DNA from: an uncultured Gammaproteobacteria bacterium
GTDB taxonomy: Bacteria; Patescibacteriota; Microgenomatia; UBA10105; UBA927
Length of the DNA: 42,969 bases
Direction of reading: 5' to 3'
NCBI GenBank assembly: GCA_964630015.1
Contig: CAZVTJ010000001.1
Coordinates: forward strand, 1 to 42,969
Below are positions 1-9,967 of the stretch, piece by piece (the first letter of the stretch is position 1; every line of letters begins with the position of its first letter). Both the position numbers and the translations under genes were made by a program. Below the pieces are notes generated by a model. That model was given only the letters and a program-made list of their open reading frames with translations, was not told the origin of the DNA and ran no database searches.

Positions 1-2
1 AG

Positions 3-542
3 TTTGACAGGAAAAGTTTCGGCCAGTCGTATGCATTCGGCAAAAAAAGCATATTTCCCGATCCGATGTCCACCCAAATCCTGTGCCAGTTGTGCCAAAA
101 AATGGCCCGCAGGATGCGTATGGCAGGCTATAGCGCCCGGGGAATCCATTGCAGTGTCCTTTTTACCGACGGATCGTTTTGGCACAAAGGTGCACTTTTT
201 CCAAACCGGCTCCTTTCTGGATCGGATTGTTTTTCCAAGGCAAAAACGGTTCTTTCCCGTGCCCCGCAAAACCGGATCCGGATTCTTGCCGTATCGGTGT
301 ACTGTCTTCTTCCCAAAAACCAAACACAGCTTGGGTTATTCGAAACGGAGGTTAAAAAAGAACAGCTTACTGCTGCCCTTGATACCATTGACGAAAAATG
401 GGGGGCAGGATCGGTGTTTCCCGGAACGCTTCTTTCCATGGATACAAAAATCCAGGACAGGATTTCCTTTGGCGGTGTGAAGGAACTGGAGGAATTTGTG
501 TTCCGCAGTGACAATTCCAGCGAGCCCGCTGCCGTCTTGTAA
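3..542 (+). CDS. dinB: Y-family DNA polymerase IV, C-terminal fragment (5' end outside window)
   Basis: Frame 3 is open from the window edge. The translation FDRKSFGQSYAFG...GIHCSVLFTDGSF...RILAVSVYCLLPKNQTQLGLFE follows the DinB palm-end/little-finger layout (RKSxG..TF, then R[LI][LI]GV.V..L...QL.LF). Stop TAA at 540-542. Confidence 0.6.
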   Translation, partial: FDRKSFGQSYAFGKKSIFPDPMSTQILCQLCQKMARRMRMAGYSARGIHCSVLFTDGSFWHKGALFPNRLLSGSDCFSKAKTVLSRAPQNRIRILAVSVYCLLPKNQTQLGLFETEVKKEQLTAALDTIDEKWGAGSVFPGTLLSMDTKIQDRISFGGVKELEEFVFRSDNSSEPAAVL

Positions 543-747
543 CACTGCCATGTATTTGGTATTGTTATCTGAAGTATTGAATACAGAGTGGTGGGGAGTG
601 ACCTAGCACGATAATCCACCCGGCAGCCGATTTTTATTCAAAAACACGGTGCCCCGTCTAGACCCCGATTTCGGGGAACGATTCGCCCAAACGATAGGGA
701 AACAGACAATGCTTCTATTTCGCTTCGTTGGACGGGAAAGTAACTTT

Positions 748-1857
748 ATGAATATGCTCCAGACAGCCGAATGCGTGGCAAGCGGACACCCTGATAAAAT
801 CTGCGACCAGATATCCGATGCCATTGTTGATGCGGCATTTGCACAGGATCCCACAAGCCGGGTGGCAGTTGAAACGATGGTGACTGCCGGGGTTTGTGCC
901 ATTGCCGGTGAAGTCAGCACGAGCCATCCGCTTCCGTATGAAGAAATCGCACGCAGTGTCATTTCCGATTTAGGCTATACGAACTCCGAATTCGGGTTTG
1001 ATTCCAACTGTACATTCCACTCATGGATCCACGAACAATCCGGCGACATTGCCCGCGGTGTGGATATGGGAGGCGCTGGCGATCAGGGAAGTATGGTGGG
1101 GTATGCAACAGACGAAACGGATGAATTCATCCCGCTTCCGTATGCTATTGCACGCAAACTCATTCAAACTATGGATAATTTGCGGACCACACAGACGCTA
1201 TCGTATCTAAGACCTGACGGGAAAGCGCAATGTACGCTTTCACAAAATCCGAAGGGAGTATATTCCGTTGCATCACTTATCTGTGCCGTACCGCATGATC
1301 TGCGTATTGATGCGTATACTGTGAAAAACGACCTTATTACCCATGCCGTTACCCCGGTGCTTACGTCGTACGGCATTTCAATTCCCGACATGGACAAAAT
1401 TATCGTTAACGGAACGGGTATATGGACAATCGGCGGTCCGGCATCCGATACCGGCGTAACGGGACGCAAAATCATTGCCGACACCTATGGACCGACCATT
1501 CCCCATGGCGGCGGAGCATTTTCCGGCAAGGATCCGACAAAAGTCGACCGGTCAGGCGCCTATGCGTGCAGATTCGCGGCAAAAAACATCGTTGCATCCG
1601 GCCGGGCAAAAAAATGTCTGGTTCGCGTTTCCTACTGTATCGGACAGGTGAAACCACAGGAACTATCCGTTGATTGTTTCGGAACTGAAAATTCAACAAT
1701 GAGCGAGATTTACCGGTATATTGACCGACTTGTGTCATTTGAACCACGCAGGATTATCGAAACCCTTGGACTTGCAAAGCCTATCTATAGGCAGACTGCA
1801 GCCTATGGGCATTTCGGGAAAAAAGGCTTGCCGTGGGAGCAAATTCGTGGAGTATAA
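748..1857 (+). CDS. metK: S-adenosylmethionine synthetase
   Basis: Motifs ECVASGHPDKICDQISDAIVDA, GAGDQGSMVGYA and GGGAFSGKDPTKVDRSGAY. Start trimmed from ORF 649 to ATG 748 (MNMLQTAE...). Confidence 0.9.
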   Translation: MNMLQTAECVASGHPDKICDQISDAIVDAAFAQDPTSRVAVETMVTAGVCAIAGEVSTSHPLPYEEIARSVISDLGYTNSEFGFDSNCTFHSWIHEQSGDIARGVDMGGAGDQGSMVGYATDETDEFIPLPYAIARKLIQTMDNLRTTQTLSYLRPDGKAQCTLSQNPKGVYSVASLICAVPHDLRIDAYTVKNDLITHAVTPVLTSYGISIPDMDKIIVNGTGIWTIGGPASDTGVTGRKIIADTYGPTIPHGGGAFSGKDPTKVDRSGAYACRFAAKNIVASGRAKKCLVRVSYCIGQVKPQELSVDCFGTENSTMSEIYRYIDRLVSFEPRRIIETLGLAKPIYRQTAAYGHFGKKGLPWEQIRGV

Positions 1858-1867
1858 TGCAGGTGGT

Positions 1868-3052
1868 ATGGGTGATACATCATCTCCACTGGCAGAGCGA
1901 CTTCGGCCAAAAACCATCGATGAAATCGTAGGGCAGGGACATCTGGTCGGAAAAAACGGCGTCATTCGTAAAATGCTGGATGCAAAATTCCTTCCGTCCA
2001 TTGTTTTATGGGGTCCGCCCGGATCGGGAAAAACTACAATTGCCAGGCTCCTTGCAGACCAAATCAATGCAGTATTTGCATCCAAGTCCGCAGTTACTTC
2101 CTCGCTTGCCGATATCCGGGAAGTTATTAAACAGGCAAAAATCGTGCGTGAGCAAAACGGAACCAGGACAGTTCTGTTTATCGATGAAATCCACCGGTTC
2201 AATAAGGCCCAACAGGATGCGCTTCTTCCGCATGTGGAAGACGGAACGGTGATCTTTATCGGTGCGACGACGGAAAATCCGTCGTTTGAGGTAATTTCCC
2301 CGCTCCTGTCGCGTTCACGCGTGCTTGTTCTTCACCAATTATCGGAAGACGATCTTAATACTCTCATTACCAGAGGAGAAAAGGAGGAAGGCGTAACGGT
2401 TCTTCCCGAAGGCAAAGAGGCTCTCAAAATTTTAGCAAACGGTGATGCCCGCCAGATGCTTACTATTCTGGAAATTGCCGGAAAACTATCCAAAAACAGG
2501 AAAAAAATTACTAGGGATGATATAGAAACCGCGTCCCAAAAAAGCATGCTCCAGTACGATACCGCCGGTGAGGAACATTACAACACCATTTCCGCATTCA
2601 TCAAATCCATGCGTGCAAGCGATCCCGATGCAACGCTGTATTATCTTGCCCGTATGGTTGCAGCCGGCGAAGAACCACTCTTTATCGCGCGACGGATGGT
2701 TATTTTTGCATCGGAGGATATCGGACTTGCCCAACCCACAGCCCTCGTCGTTGCCAATGCGGTATTTGCGGCATGCCAGACAATCGGCTACCCCGAATGC
2801 CAGGAAAACCTCGCCCATGGCGCGGTCTATCTTGCTCTTGCCAAAAAGGACAGAAGTGCATATGAGGCGTATATGGAGGCACTCCATGATGCAACCCAAC
2901 TGGGAAACCTCCCGATACCACTTTCCATCAGAAATGCTCCGACTAAACTTATGAAAGGATTAGGATACGGTAAGGATTACCAGCAGTATTCGACGGAAAG
3001 CCATTTGCCCGACAAAATTAAAGGAAAAACATATCTGAAACCAAAAACCTAA
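1868..3052 (+). CDS. rarA: Replication-associated recombination protein A (AAA+ ATPase)
   Basis: Walker A GPPGSGKTT, Walker B/sensor FIDEIHRFNKAQQD, MgsA C-terminal YYLARMVAAGEEPLFIARR. Start trimmed to ATG 1868 (MGDTSSPLAERLRP). Confidence 0.9.
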   Translation: MGDTSSPLAERLRPKTIDEIVGQGHLVGKNGVIRKMLDAKFLPSIVLWGPPGSGKTTIARLLADQINAVFASKSAVTSSLADIREVIKQAKIVREQNGTRTVLFIDEIHRFNKAQQDALLPHVEDGTVIFIGATTENPSFEVISPLLSRSRVLVLHQLSEDDLNTLITRGEKEEGVTVLPEGKEALKILANGDARQMLTILEIAGKLSKNRKKITRDDIETASQKSMLQYDTAGEEHYNTISAFIKSMRASDPDATLYYLARMVAAGEEPLFIARRMVIFASEDIGLAQPTALVVANAVFAACQTIGYPECQENLAHGAVYLALAKKDRSAYEAYMEALHDATQLGNLPIPLSIRNAPTKLMKGLGYGKDYQQYSTESHLPDKIKGKTYLKPKT

Positions 3053-3098
3053 AAAGGGTGTAAGGGATACTATAATATTCTATGATAGGAAGTATCGT

Positions 3099-3557
3099 AT
3101 GGTAAAAAAATATTCCGCGGGCGGTATCGTATTGTGTGTAAAGGATAAATCCCTATTTCTTTTGGCAATAAAGGACCGTTCCGGTGTGTATACCTTTCCC
3201 AAAGGAATTATTGAACCGGGTGAGGGGGAAGAACAAACTGCCATACGGGAAATCCGGGAAGAAACCGGTATTCGGGTAAAAAAACCGCTTGGACGTCTTT
3301 CTCCCATAGGATACAGTGTCGGCGGTGATGCGACGGGCTACTATAAACATGTACAGTTTTTCGTCTTTACCGTGCCCACCATGGAGCCTCCGCTCCCGCA
3401 GCTTGAAGAACATATTACCGAGGCAGTCTGGTTACCATTCCCTACGGCATATATCCATATTGGATACCCCAAAACCAATAAACCGCTTATCATCCAGGCA
3501 CTTGATGTTGCTGGATATGATGAATACAAAGACCAGTTGTCCGGGAGCCTGGCATGA
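3099..3557 (+). CDS. Nudix hydrolase
   Basis: Nudix box GIIEPGEGEEQTAIREIREETGI. Confidence 0.8.
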   Translation: MVKKYSAGGIVLCVKDKSLFLLAIKDRSGVYTFPKGIIEPGEGEEQTAIREIREETGIRVKKPLGRLSPIGYSVGGDATGYYKHVQFFVFTVPTMEPPLPQLEEHITEAVWLPFPTAYIHIGYPKTNKPLIIQALDVAGYDEYKDQLSGSLA

Positions 3558-4273
3558 GCGGATCTGACCTCCCCGGTATCACGCTTCTGTATGGGGAAGA
3601 CGTTGTGGCATCACGAAATGCGCTTGACGTACTCCGGCAGGGAATAAAAGACTATGAAATCCGGGAAATTTCCGGAAAAACCGCCGATCTTTCCATCGTC
3701 AAACAGGTGTTTGAATCCTCATCGCTGTTTTCCCAACCGGTCTGCCTGATTGTGGAAAGTGTGCTGACAGCACCCAAATCCTCTAAAATTCCCAAAAAAC
3801 TATTTTTTTCTCTGCTGGAATCGCGTCAGGAAAATATCCACGTGATCTCCTGGGAACCTTCCGAGCTCACCAAGGATACGCTCTCGGATTTCCCTAAGGG
3901 AACGGCAGTATCACACTTTCCTCTCCCAAAAATTTTGTTTTCGTTTTTGGATGAAATTCGCCCCGGGAATACGGAAAAATCGCTTTCGGTATTTACACAA
4001 CTTCTTGAACAGGAACCTGCCGAACTTGTGCTGTCGCTTCTTTCAACGCGCATCCGGCAGCTTATTCAGGTGAAGGACAATGCAACACCGGCAAAGGCAA
4101 GCCCGTGGCAGGTATCCCGTTTGACAAGCCAGGCGCGCTTGTTTACGATGGATAAACTTCTTTCTATGCACGAACAACTTTTTGCCATAGAACTTTCCAC
4201 AAAAAGCGGTACCCATCCGCTCCCGCTTGTCAGCCAGCTTGAACGGTTTATTATTGTTTCCTGTTCTTCGTAA
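3554..4273 (+). CDS. holA: DNA polymerase III delta subunit-like protein (short, 239 aa)
   Basis: N-terminus ITLLYGEDVVASRNAL and C-terminal PWQVSRLTSQARLFTMDKLLSMHEQLFAIELSTKSG resemble HolA. 4-nt ATGA overlap with the Nudix gene. Shorter than typical HolA, so the call is tentative. Confidence 0.5.
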   Translation: MSGSDLPGITLLYGEDVVASRNALDVLRQGIKDYEIREISGKTADLSIVKQVFESSSLFSQPVCLIVESVLTAPKSSKIPKKLFFSLLESRQENIHVISWEPSELTKDTLSDFPKGTAVSHFPLPKILFSFLDEIRPGNTEKSLSVFTQLLEQEPAELVLSLLSTRIRQLIQVKDNATPAKASPWQVSRLTSQARLFTMDKLLSMHEQLFAIELSTKSGTHPLPLVSQLERFIIVSCSS

Positions 4274-4283
4274 AGGAGGATCT

Positions 4284-5645
4284 ATGACAGTCGACCTTTC
4301 CATTTTTAAAGACTATGACATACGCGGTGTTTATCCGACCCAAATAAACGGGGAAGTATTTGGCGCGATTGCACATGCAATTGTTCGTGAATTCTCACCA
4401 AAATCCGTATGTATCTGTCGTGATATGCGTCTTTCCGGTGATGAAATAAAAAACGCTTTTGCGGACGTATTTACCTCATTGGGTGTGGATGTCTATGATG
4501 CCGGGTTAGTCGGAACGGAAATGCAGTATTACATTGCCGGCACAAAAGATATTGATCTGGTCATTATGATCAGCGCTTCCCATAATCCAAAGGAATATAA
4601 CGGTATGAAGATGGTCAAAAAAGGCCCTATTGCCGTTACCAGCGAAAGCGGAATGAATGCGGTACGTGACCGGATCAAGGAAGGTCCGCTCCCACCGGCG
4701 AAAACGCCCGGAAACGTATATCCCATCGATGTGTGGGACGAATGGAAGGAAAAAATCCTTTCCCTTGTGGATACCAAAACGTTCAAGCCCCTTTCCGTCG
4801 TAATTGATGGGGGAAACGGGATGGCAGGAACAATCGTTACGAAACTGTTTTCCGGTTTGCCGTTTTCCATTACTCCGCTCTTTTTTGAACCGGATGGGAA
4901 TTTTCCCAATCACACACCAAATCCATTGATTCCAGAAAATAATGCCGTCCTGTCCAAAACCATTCTGGAGAAAAAAGCGGACGTCGGACTGACGTTTGAC
5001 GGCGATGCGGACCGGATGTTTTTGGTAGACAATACCGGACGAATAATTCCCGGGACTATTACGACAGCACTTCTTGCGCGGTATTTCCTCAAGAAATATC
5101 CCAAAGAAATAATTTTATATAACGCCATTTGCGGCCGGGTAGTTCCCAAAATCATTACCCAATACGGTGGAACCCCAAAACGTGTTCGTGTCGGACATAG
5201 CTACATCAAAACCTACATGCGCGAAACGAACGCAATTTTTGCCGGGGAACATTCCGGACATTATTATTATCGGGATTTTTACCGTGCAGAAAGCGGGGTA
5301 CTGACGGCACTTCTTATTCTGTCGCTCCTGAGTGCGCAGGATAAACCGCTCTCGTCTCTTGTTGATGAACTGGATATCTATCCATCGTCGGGAGAAATAA
5401 ATTTTACCGTTTCCGATATTCCAACTACTGTTGAAACAATCAGAAAAAACCATGCAGACGCCAAATCCATCGATGATCTTGACGGACTCAGTGTCTGGTA
5501 TGAATCGTATTGGTTTAACGTCCGGGCATCCAAAACGGAACCACTCCTCCGGCTTAATGTTGAAGCGGATACAAAGGAGATTCTGGCTGCGCAAACGGAA
5601 AAACTACTTGCCGAACTTGTATCGTTGGGAGCAAAACGGAAATGA
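4284..5645 (+). CDS. Phosphomannomutase/phosphoglucomutase
   Basis: Phosphoserine loop ISASHNPKEYNGMK, metal loop TFDGDADRMF, sugar loop GEHSGHYYY. RBS AAAGGAGGA at 4271-4279 precedes ATG 4284. Confidence 0.85.
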   Translation: MTVDLSIFKDYDIRGVYPTQINGEVFGAIAHAIVREFSPKSVCICRDMRLSGDEIKNAFADVFTSLGVDVYDAGLVGTEMQYYIAGTKDIDLVIMISASHNPKEYNGMKMVKKGPIAVTSESGMNAVRDRIKEGPLPPAKTPGNVYPIDVWDEWKEKILSLVDTKTFKPLSVVIDGGNGMAGTIVTKLFSGLPFSITPLFFEPDGNFPNHTPNPLIPENNAVLSKTILEKKADVGLTFDGDADRMFLVDNTGRIIPGTITTALLARYFLKKYPKEIILYNAICGRVVPKIITQYGGTPKRVRVGHSYIKTYMRETNAIFAGEHSGHYYYRDFYRAESGVLTALLILSLLSAQDKPLSSLVDELDIYPSSGEINFTVSDIPTTVETIRKNHADAKSIDDLDGLSVWYESYWFNVRASKTEPLLRLNVEADTKEILAAQTEKLLAELVSLGAKRK

Positions 5646-6466
5646 CGTATACCGGAAAATACCAACACGAGCTTGAGTTTGCCGTAAACGTTGCCCGCCA
5701 TGCATCGGAAATTCTTTCTTCCATGCAGCCCTCAGCAACGGTTGCAGTACAGAAGGATATTGCCGATATTGCAACGACGGCAGATTTGGCATCGGAACAA
5801 TATATTTTGGACGAAATTAGGAAAGCATTCCCAACGGATGGTATCCATTCGGAAGAATCCCATGACACAAACACCTCCTCACCCAGAAGGTGGGTTGTGG
5901 ATCCGCTTGATGGCACCAAGGAATATGCCAAAGGACTCGCCGAATATAACGTGCTTATCGGACTAGAGGAAAACAACACGCCGGTTATGGGTGTGATCCA
6001 GCGGATCGGACCGGATGAGGTCCTTACTGCAACGATTGACGGTCCGGCTCTGTATAACGGGACGCAAATCCATGTTTCCAAAACCGATGACCTGACACGC
6101 TCATTTATCGGATTCCATATCCCGAGTTCCAGAAATGGTCCAGATGCTGTCCAGCGCGCAATGAATTGCGTTCATCGTATCGTATTGTCTGCATACAGGA
6201 TCAGGCCGGGATGGGATACTGCCCAACAATGCAGTTGGGTAGCCCGGGGTATTCTTGATGCACATATTATTCCTGCCTGCGTCAACTCATGGCATGACGT
6301 AATGGAAGGACTCCTTCTTGTGGAGCGCGCGGGGGGAACAGTTACCGATTATGCAGGTAATCCCATTACTGCAGGGAATATGGAAAACGGATTTGTCATA
6401 TCCAATGGACGTATTCATGACCGATTATTGGCTCTTATTCAATCATCAAAGGAGGATGTTCTATGA
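5642..6466 (+). CDS. Inositol monophosphatase / FBPase-family phosphatase
   Basis: Motif WVVDPLDGTKEY and a WD(T)A-type second motif (GWDTAQQ). ATGA overlap with the upstream gene. Confidence 0.8.
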   Translation: MTYTGKYQHELEFAVNVARHASEILSSMQPSATVAVQKDIADIATTADLASEQYILDEIRKAFPTDGIHSEESHDTNTSSPRRWVVDPLDGTKEYAKGLAEYNVLIGLEENNTPVMGVIQRIGPDEVLTATIDGPALYNGTQIHVSKTDDLTRSFIGFHIPSSRNGPDAVQRAMNCVHRIVLSAYRIRPGWDTAQQCSWVARGILDAHIIPACVNSWHDVMEGLLLVERAGGTVTDYAGNPITAGNMENGFVISNGRIHDRLLALIQSSKEDVL

Positions 6467-7533
6467 AATCACTTGATACCGTGTCTGCAATGAAGGCCAT
6501 TGACCCAAAAAATGTTCTCGGGTCCATCGATCTGTTTCCCGACCAATGCCAACAGGCATGGGATGATGTGGCAAAACTCACGTTTCCCAAGGAATATTCC
6601 TCTGCGGATTCCATACTCGTTGCCGGTATGGGAGGATCCCGCTTTACACCACGGACCATAAAAGAATATTGTTTTGGGGAGCTTACGGTACCGTATGAAA
6701 TTACCGATGACTACCGGACCCCCGGTTTTGTCGGGAAAAACACGTTGGTGATTTTATCTTCCTATTCCGGTACGACGGAAGAGGTACTTACCATCGGAAA
6801 AGAGGCTCTCAAACGGGGTGCAATGGTAACCGGTGTGATGGCAGGAGGTGCCATTGGAGCATTCCTTACCGAAAACCATTTACCCTATTATGCCTTTAAT
6901 CCTAAAAATAATCCGTCGGGACAACCGCGTATCGGAGGCGGATACCTGCTTTTGGGTCATTTGGCACTTCTTTCGAAATTAGGATACATTCCCGACCAGA
7001 CAACCATCGTACAAACCGCAATCCAGGAGGCCAGGAAATACGCCACACTCGTTTCCGCCGATGTTCCCGAGGCACAAAATCCCGCAAAACAGCTTGCCAG
7101 AACGCTTCTTGGCACGCATCCGTTCCTTGTCGTTTCCGAGTTTTTGCGCGGCTGGGTCAATGGGTTTGCAAACCAGATTAATGAAACAGCAAAGATGATA
7201 TCCGATTTCCGTTATATTCCGGAACTCAACCACCATTTGATGGAGGGATTAAAGCGGCCGGAGACCCTGCATGAAAACGGCTTGTTTGTCTTTTTCCATT
7301 CCGATCTGTACAGTCCCCAGATTCAAAAACGGTTTGATATCACAAAAACCGTCGTGGAAAAACAACAGGTCAAAACACTGGATATCCGCATGACCGGATC
7401 AACACCATTTTCCCAAATACTTATGGGAAATGTGCTTGGTTCGTATACGACATTTTATATGGCAATGTTAACCGATACCGATCCGGTTGCCATTCCATGG
7501 GTTGATTATTTCAAAAAAGAATTATCCAAATAG
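6463..7533 (+). CDS. SIS-domain bifunctional phosphoglucose/phosphomannose isomerase-like protein
   Basis: SIS motifs VAGMGGSR and LVILSSYSGTTEE. Size (356 aa) and C-terminal half fit the PGI/PMI family. ATGA overlap with the upstream gene. Confidence 0.7.
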   Translation: MKSLDTVSAMKAIDPKNVLGSIDLFPDQCQQAWDDVAKLTFPKEYSSADSILVAGMGGSRFTPRTIKEYCFGELTVPYEITDDYRTPGFVGKNTLVILSSYSGTTEEVLTIGKEALKRGAMVTGVMAGGAIGAFLTENHLPYYAFNPKNNPSGQPRIGGGYLLLGHLALLSKLGYIPDQTTIVQTAIQEARKYATLVSADVPEAQNPAKQLARTLLGTHPFLVVSEFLRGWVNGFANQINETAKMISDFRYIPELNHHLMEGLKRPETLHENGLFVFFHSDLYSPQIQKRFDITKTVVEKQQVKTLDIRMTGSTPFSQILMGNVLGSYTTFYMAMLTDTDPVAIPWVDYFKKELSK

Positions 7534-7677
7534 TCCCTATGATCCTGCCTAACCTCTACAGTATCAATCGTATTCATTACGGGGACGGATGGTGATTATT
7601 CCCTCCATGCAGGCAGTGCGGTTTACCGTATATCACGGTCTTGCGTGTTTGGGAAAAAATCTCCATACTGGGTATAT

Positions 7678-9960
7678 ATGAAGCAAAAATACGTCGTATG
7701 GTTTCATGATGTCGATAAGGAAGACGGCGCAATAGTCGGTGGCAAGGGAGCAAACCTTGGCGAGATGACGCAAGCCGGGTTCCCCGTGCCGCAGGGATTT
7801 ATCGTGACCGCTCAGGCATACTACGCATTTTTGGATGCCAATAACCTTCGGGATACCATAAAGGAATATTTGGGCGATCTTGACGTGAACGATTCCCATG
7901 CACTGGAAAATGCTTCCATAAAGGTGCGAAAGGCTATCGTCCACGCTCCGTTTCCCAAGGATATTTCCAAGCTGATTATTGATTCCTATTCCAAAATGGA
8001 GCATTCGATCCTCAAGCATCCCATGGTTGCGGTACGCTCCAGCGCTACGGCAGAGGACTTACCCGGCGCATCGTTTGCCGGACAACAGGAAACATTCCTG
8101 AATGTTACCGGCGAAGCGGCGCTTTTGGAAAAAGTCCGTGAATGTTGGGCATCGCTGTTTACCCAGCGGGCAATTTTTTACCGCCAGACGAATAAATTCG
8201 ATCATTTTAAGGTCGGTATTGCCGTTCCCGTACAGAAAATGGTCAACGCCGACCGTTCCGGCATCATGTTTACCATCGATCCCGTCACGAACGACAAAAA
8301 TACGATTATGATCGAGGCAATTTTCGGCCTTGGGGAAATGATCGTACAGGGTATGGTGACGCCGGACCATTATGAAGTTGATAAAAAATCGGACAAAATC
8401 ACCAAACGTGTGGTTAATACGCAGGAAAAACTCATGCGCAAGAAAGGATCGGGGAACGAAGTCATCCCGCTTTCCAAAAAAGAAGGCGTTAAAGTAAAAC
8501 TGACAGACAAGATGATCCATGAACTGGCTGATCTGGCCAGAAAGCTGGAAAAACATTATTACTTCCCTCAGGACAGTGAATGGGCGATCGAAAACGGCCA
8601 TGTGTATCTTGTCCAAACCAGGCCGGTTACGACGGCAGGAAAAGACATGAAAGCCGGATCCATTACGCTTTCCAAAATGGAAGAACTGTTAAAAGGCGAT
8701 CCGGCAAGTCCGGGAATAGCATCCGGTGTCGTAAAAATCCTTCAGTCAGCCAAGGAAATCCATAAAATCCAAACCGGCGACGTGCTGGTAGCCGAGCAGA
8801 CAAACCCGGACTACGTACCGGCTATGAAGAAAGCGGCCGCAATCGTGACGGAACGGGGGGGCAGGACTTCCCATGCCGCCATTGTTTCCCGGGAACTGGG
8901 TATTCCGGCAGTCGTAGGAACTGCTGGTGCAATGTCAAAACTCAAGGATAAAATGGTGGTCACGGTCAACGGCGCAACGGGACAAATCTTTAAAGGGGCA
9001 CTTTCAAGCGGTGACCGGCAGAAGATTGAGGATTCTAAGGCAGCACTGACCAAAAAAGCACCGATCATTACTGCAACAAAAGTCATGGTGAATCTGGCTG
9101 AACCGGATAGGGCCAAAGAGCTTTCAAAACGGCAGGTCGATGGGGTCGGATTGCTACGTGCCGAATTTATGATTGCCGATATCGGGACCCATCCGAGGAA
9201 ACTGATCGAAGAGAAAAAACAGCATGTCTTTATCGATACGCTTGCCGAACATATTTCCGAATTCTGCGAAGCGTTTTCGCCGCGTCCGGTTATCTACCGC
9301 GCAACCGATTTCAAGACGAATGAATACAGAAACCTCAAGGGTGGAGCGGCCTATGAGCCGGAAGAACCAAACCCGATGCTTGGATTCCGCGGTGCGGCAC
9401 GTTACATTGCGGATGCAAAAGTATTCGAAATGGAAATCGAAGCGATCAAAAAAGTGCGTAATAAAATGGGGTTCAAGAACCTGCACGTCATGATTCCATT
9501 TGTCCGCAATCCGAAGGAACTTTTGGAAGTCAAAAAAATCCTGGCATCAAATGGATTATCACGGTCACAATCATTCAAACTCTACATGATGGTGGAAATT
9601 CCGACTAACATTATCCGGATTGATGATTTTCTGGATGTAGGGGTAGACGGTATTTCGATCGGGTCCAACGATTTAACCATGCTGATGCTGGGAACAGACC
9701 GGGATAACAGCGAAGTGGCACACGACTTTTCCGAACTTGATCCGTCGGTTCTGTGGGCACTTGAACACGTCATTAAATCCGCATCCAAACGTGGGGTGGC
9801 TTCATCCATCTGCGGACAGGCGCCTTCGGATTACCCGGAAATCGTGCAAAAACTTGTATCCTGGGGAATTACCAGCGTTTCCGTCAATCCCGATGCGATC
9901 GACCGAGTACGGGAAACCGTTGCACTGGCGGAAAAACGACTTGTGACAAAGAAAAAATAA
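7678..9960 (+). CDS. ppsA: Phosphoenolpyruvate synthase (pyruvate, water dikinase)
   Basis: N-terminal GGKGANLGEM, phosphohistidine domain TERGGRTSHAAIVSRELGIPAVVG, C-terminal PEP-utilising barrel GISIGSNDLTML. Start trimmed from GTG 7645 to ATG 7678. Confidence 0.85.
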   Translation: MKQKYVVWFHDVDKEDGAIVGGKGANLGEMTQAGFPVPQGFIVTAQAYYAFLDANNLRDTIKEYLGDLDVNDSHALENASIKVRKAIVHAPFPKDISKLIIDSYSKMEHSILKHPMVAVRSSATAEDLPGASFAGQQETFLNVTGEAALLEKVRECWASLFTQRAIFYRQTNKFDHFKVGIAVPVQKMVNADRSGIMFTIDPVTNDKNTIMIEAIFGLGEMIVQGMVTPDHYEVDKKSDKITKRVVNTQEKLMRKKGSGNEVIPLSKKEGVKVKLTDKMIHELADLARKLEKHYYFPQDSEWAIENGHVYLVQTRPVTTAGKDMKAGSITLSKMEELLKGDPASPGIASGVVKILQSAKEIHKIQTGDVLVAEQTNPDYVPAMKKAAAIVTERGGRTSHAAIVSRELGIPAVVGTAGAMSKLKDKMVVTVNGATGQIFKGALSSGDRQKIEDSKAALTKKAPIITATKVMVNLAEPDRAKELSKRQVDGVGLLRAEFMIADIGTHPRKLIEEKKQHVFIDTLAEHISEFCEAFSPRPVIYRATDFKTNEYRNLKGGAAYEPEEPNPMLGFRGAARYIADAKVFEMEIEAIKKVRNKMGFKNLHVMIPFVRNPKELLEVKKILASNGLSRSQSFKLYMMVEIPTNIIRIDDFLDVGVDGISIGSNDLTMLMLGTDRDNSEVAHDFSELDPSVLWALEHVIKSASKRGVASSICGQAPSDYPEIVQKLVSWGITSVSVNPDAIDRVRETVALAEKRLVTKKK

Positions 9961-9967
9961 ACGAGGT

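Noticed and set aside
4-619. ORFs 4..480 (+), 128..619 (-) and 149..355 (+) at the left edge.
   Set aside because: Only frame 3 (3..542) gives a recognisable protein, the DinB C-terminus. The others are Arg/Cys/Pro-rich shadow frames.
5554-6081. Long antisense or alternative-frame ORFs (e.g. 5554..6081 -, 8059..8616 -, 16981..17445 -, 19997..20536 -, 23326..23898 -, 27688..28293 -, 27858..28331 -, 41240..41731 -, 34112..34633 -).
   Set aside because: Each lies fully inside a strongly supported gene on the other strand or frame and has a low-complexity or odd composition (Arg/Ser/Cys/Pro-rich). They are treated as shadow ORFs.
7534-7677. The 144-nt untranslated region upstream of ppsA as a possible riboswitch or leader.
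   Set aside because: There are only weak inverted repeats (CTGCCT/AGGCAG, CCGT/ACGG) and no motif I can match to a known riboswitch, so the evidence is insufficient.
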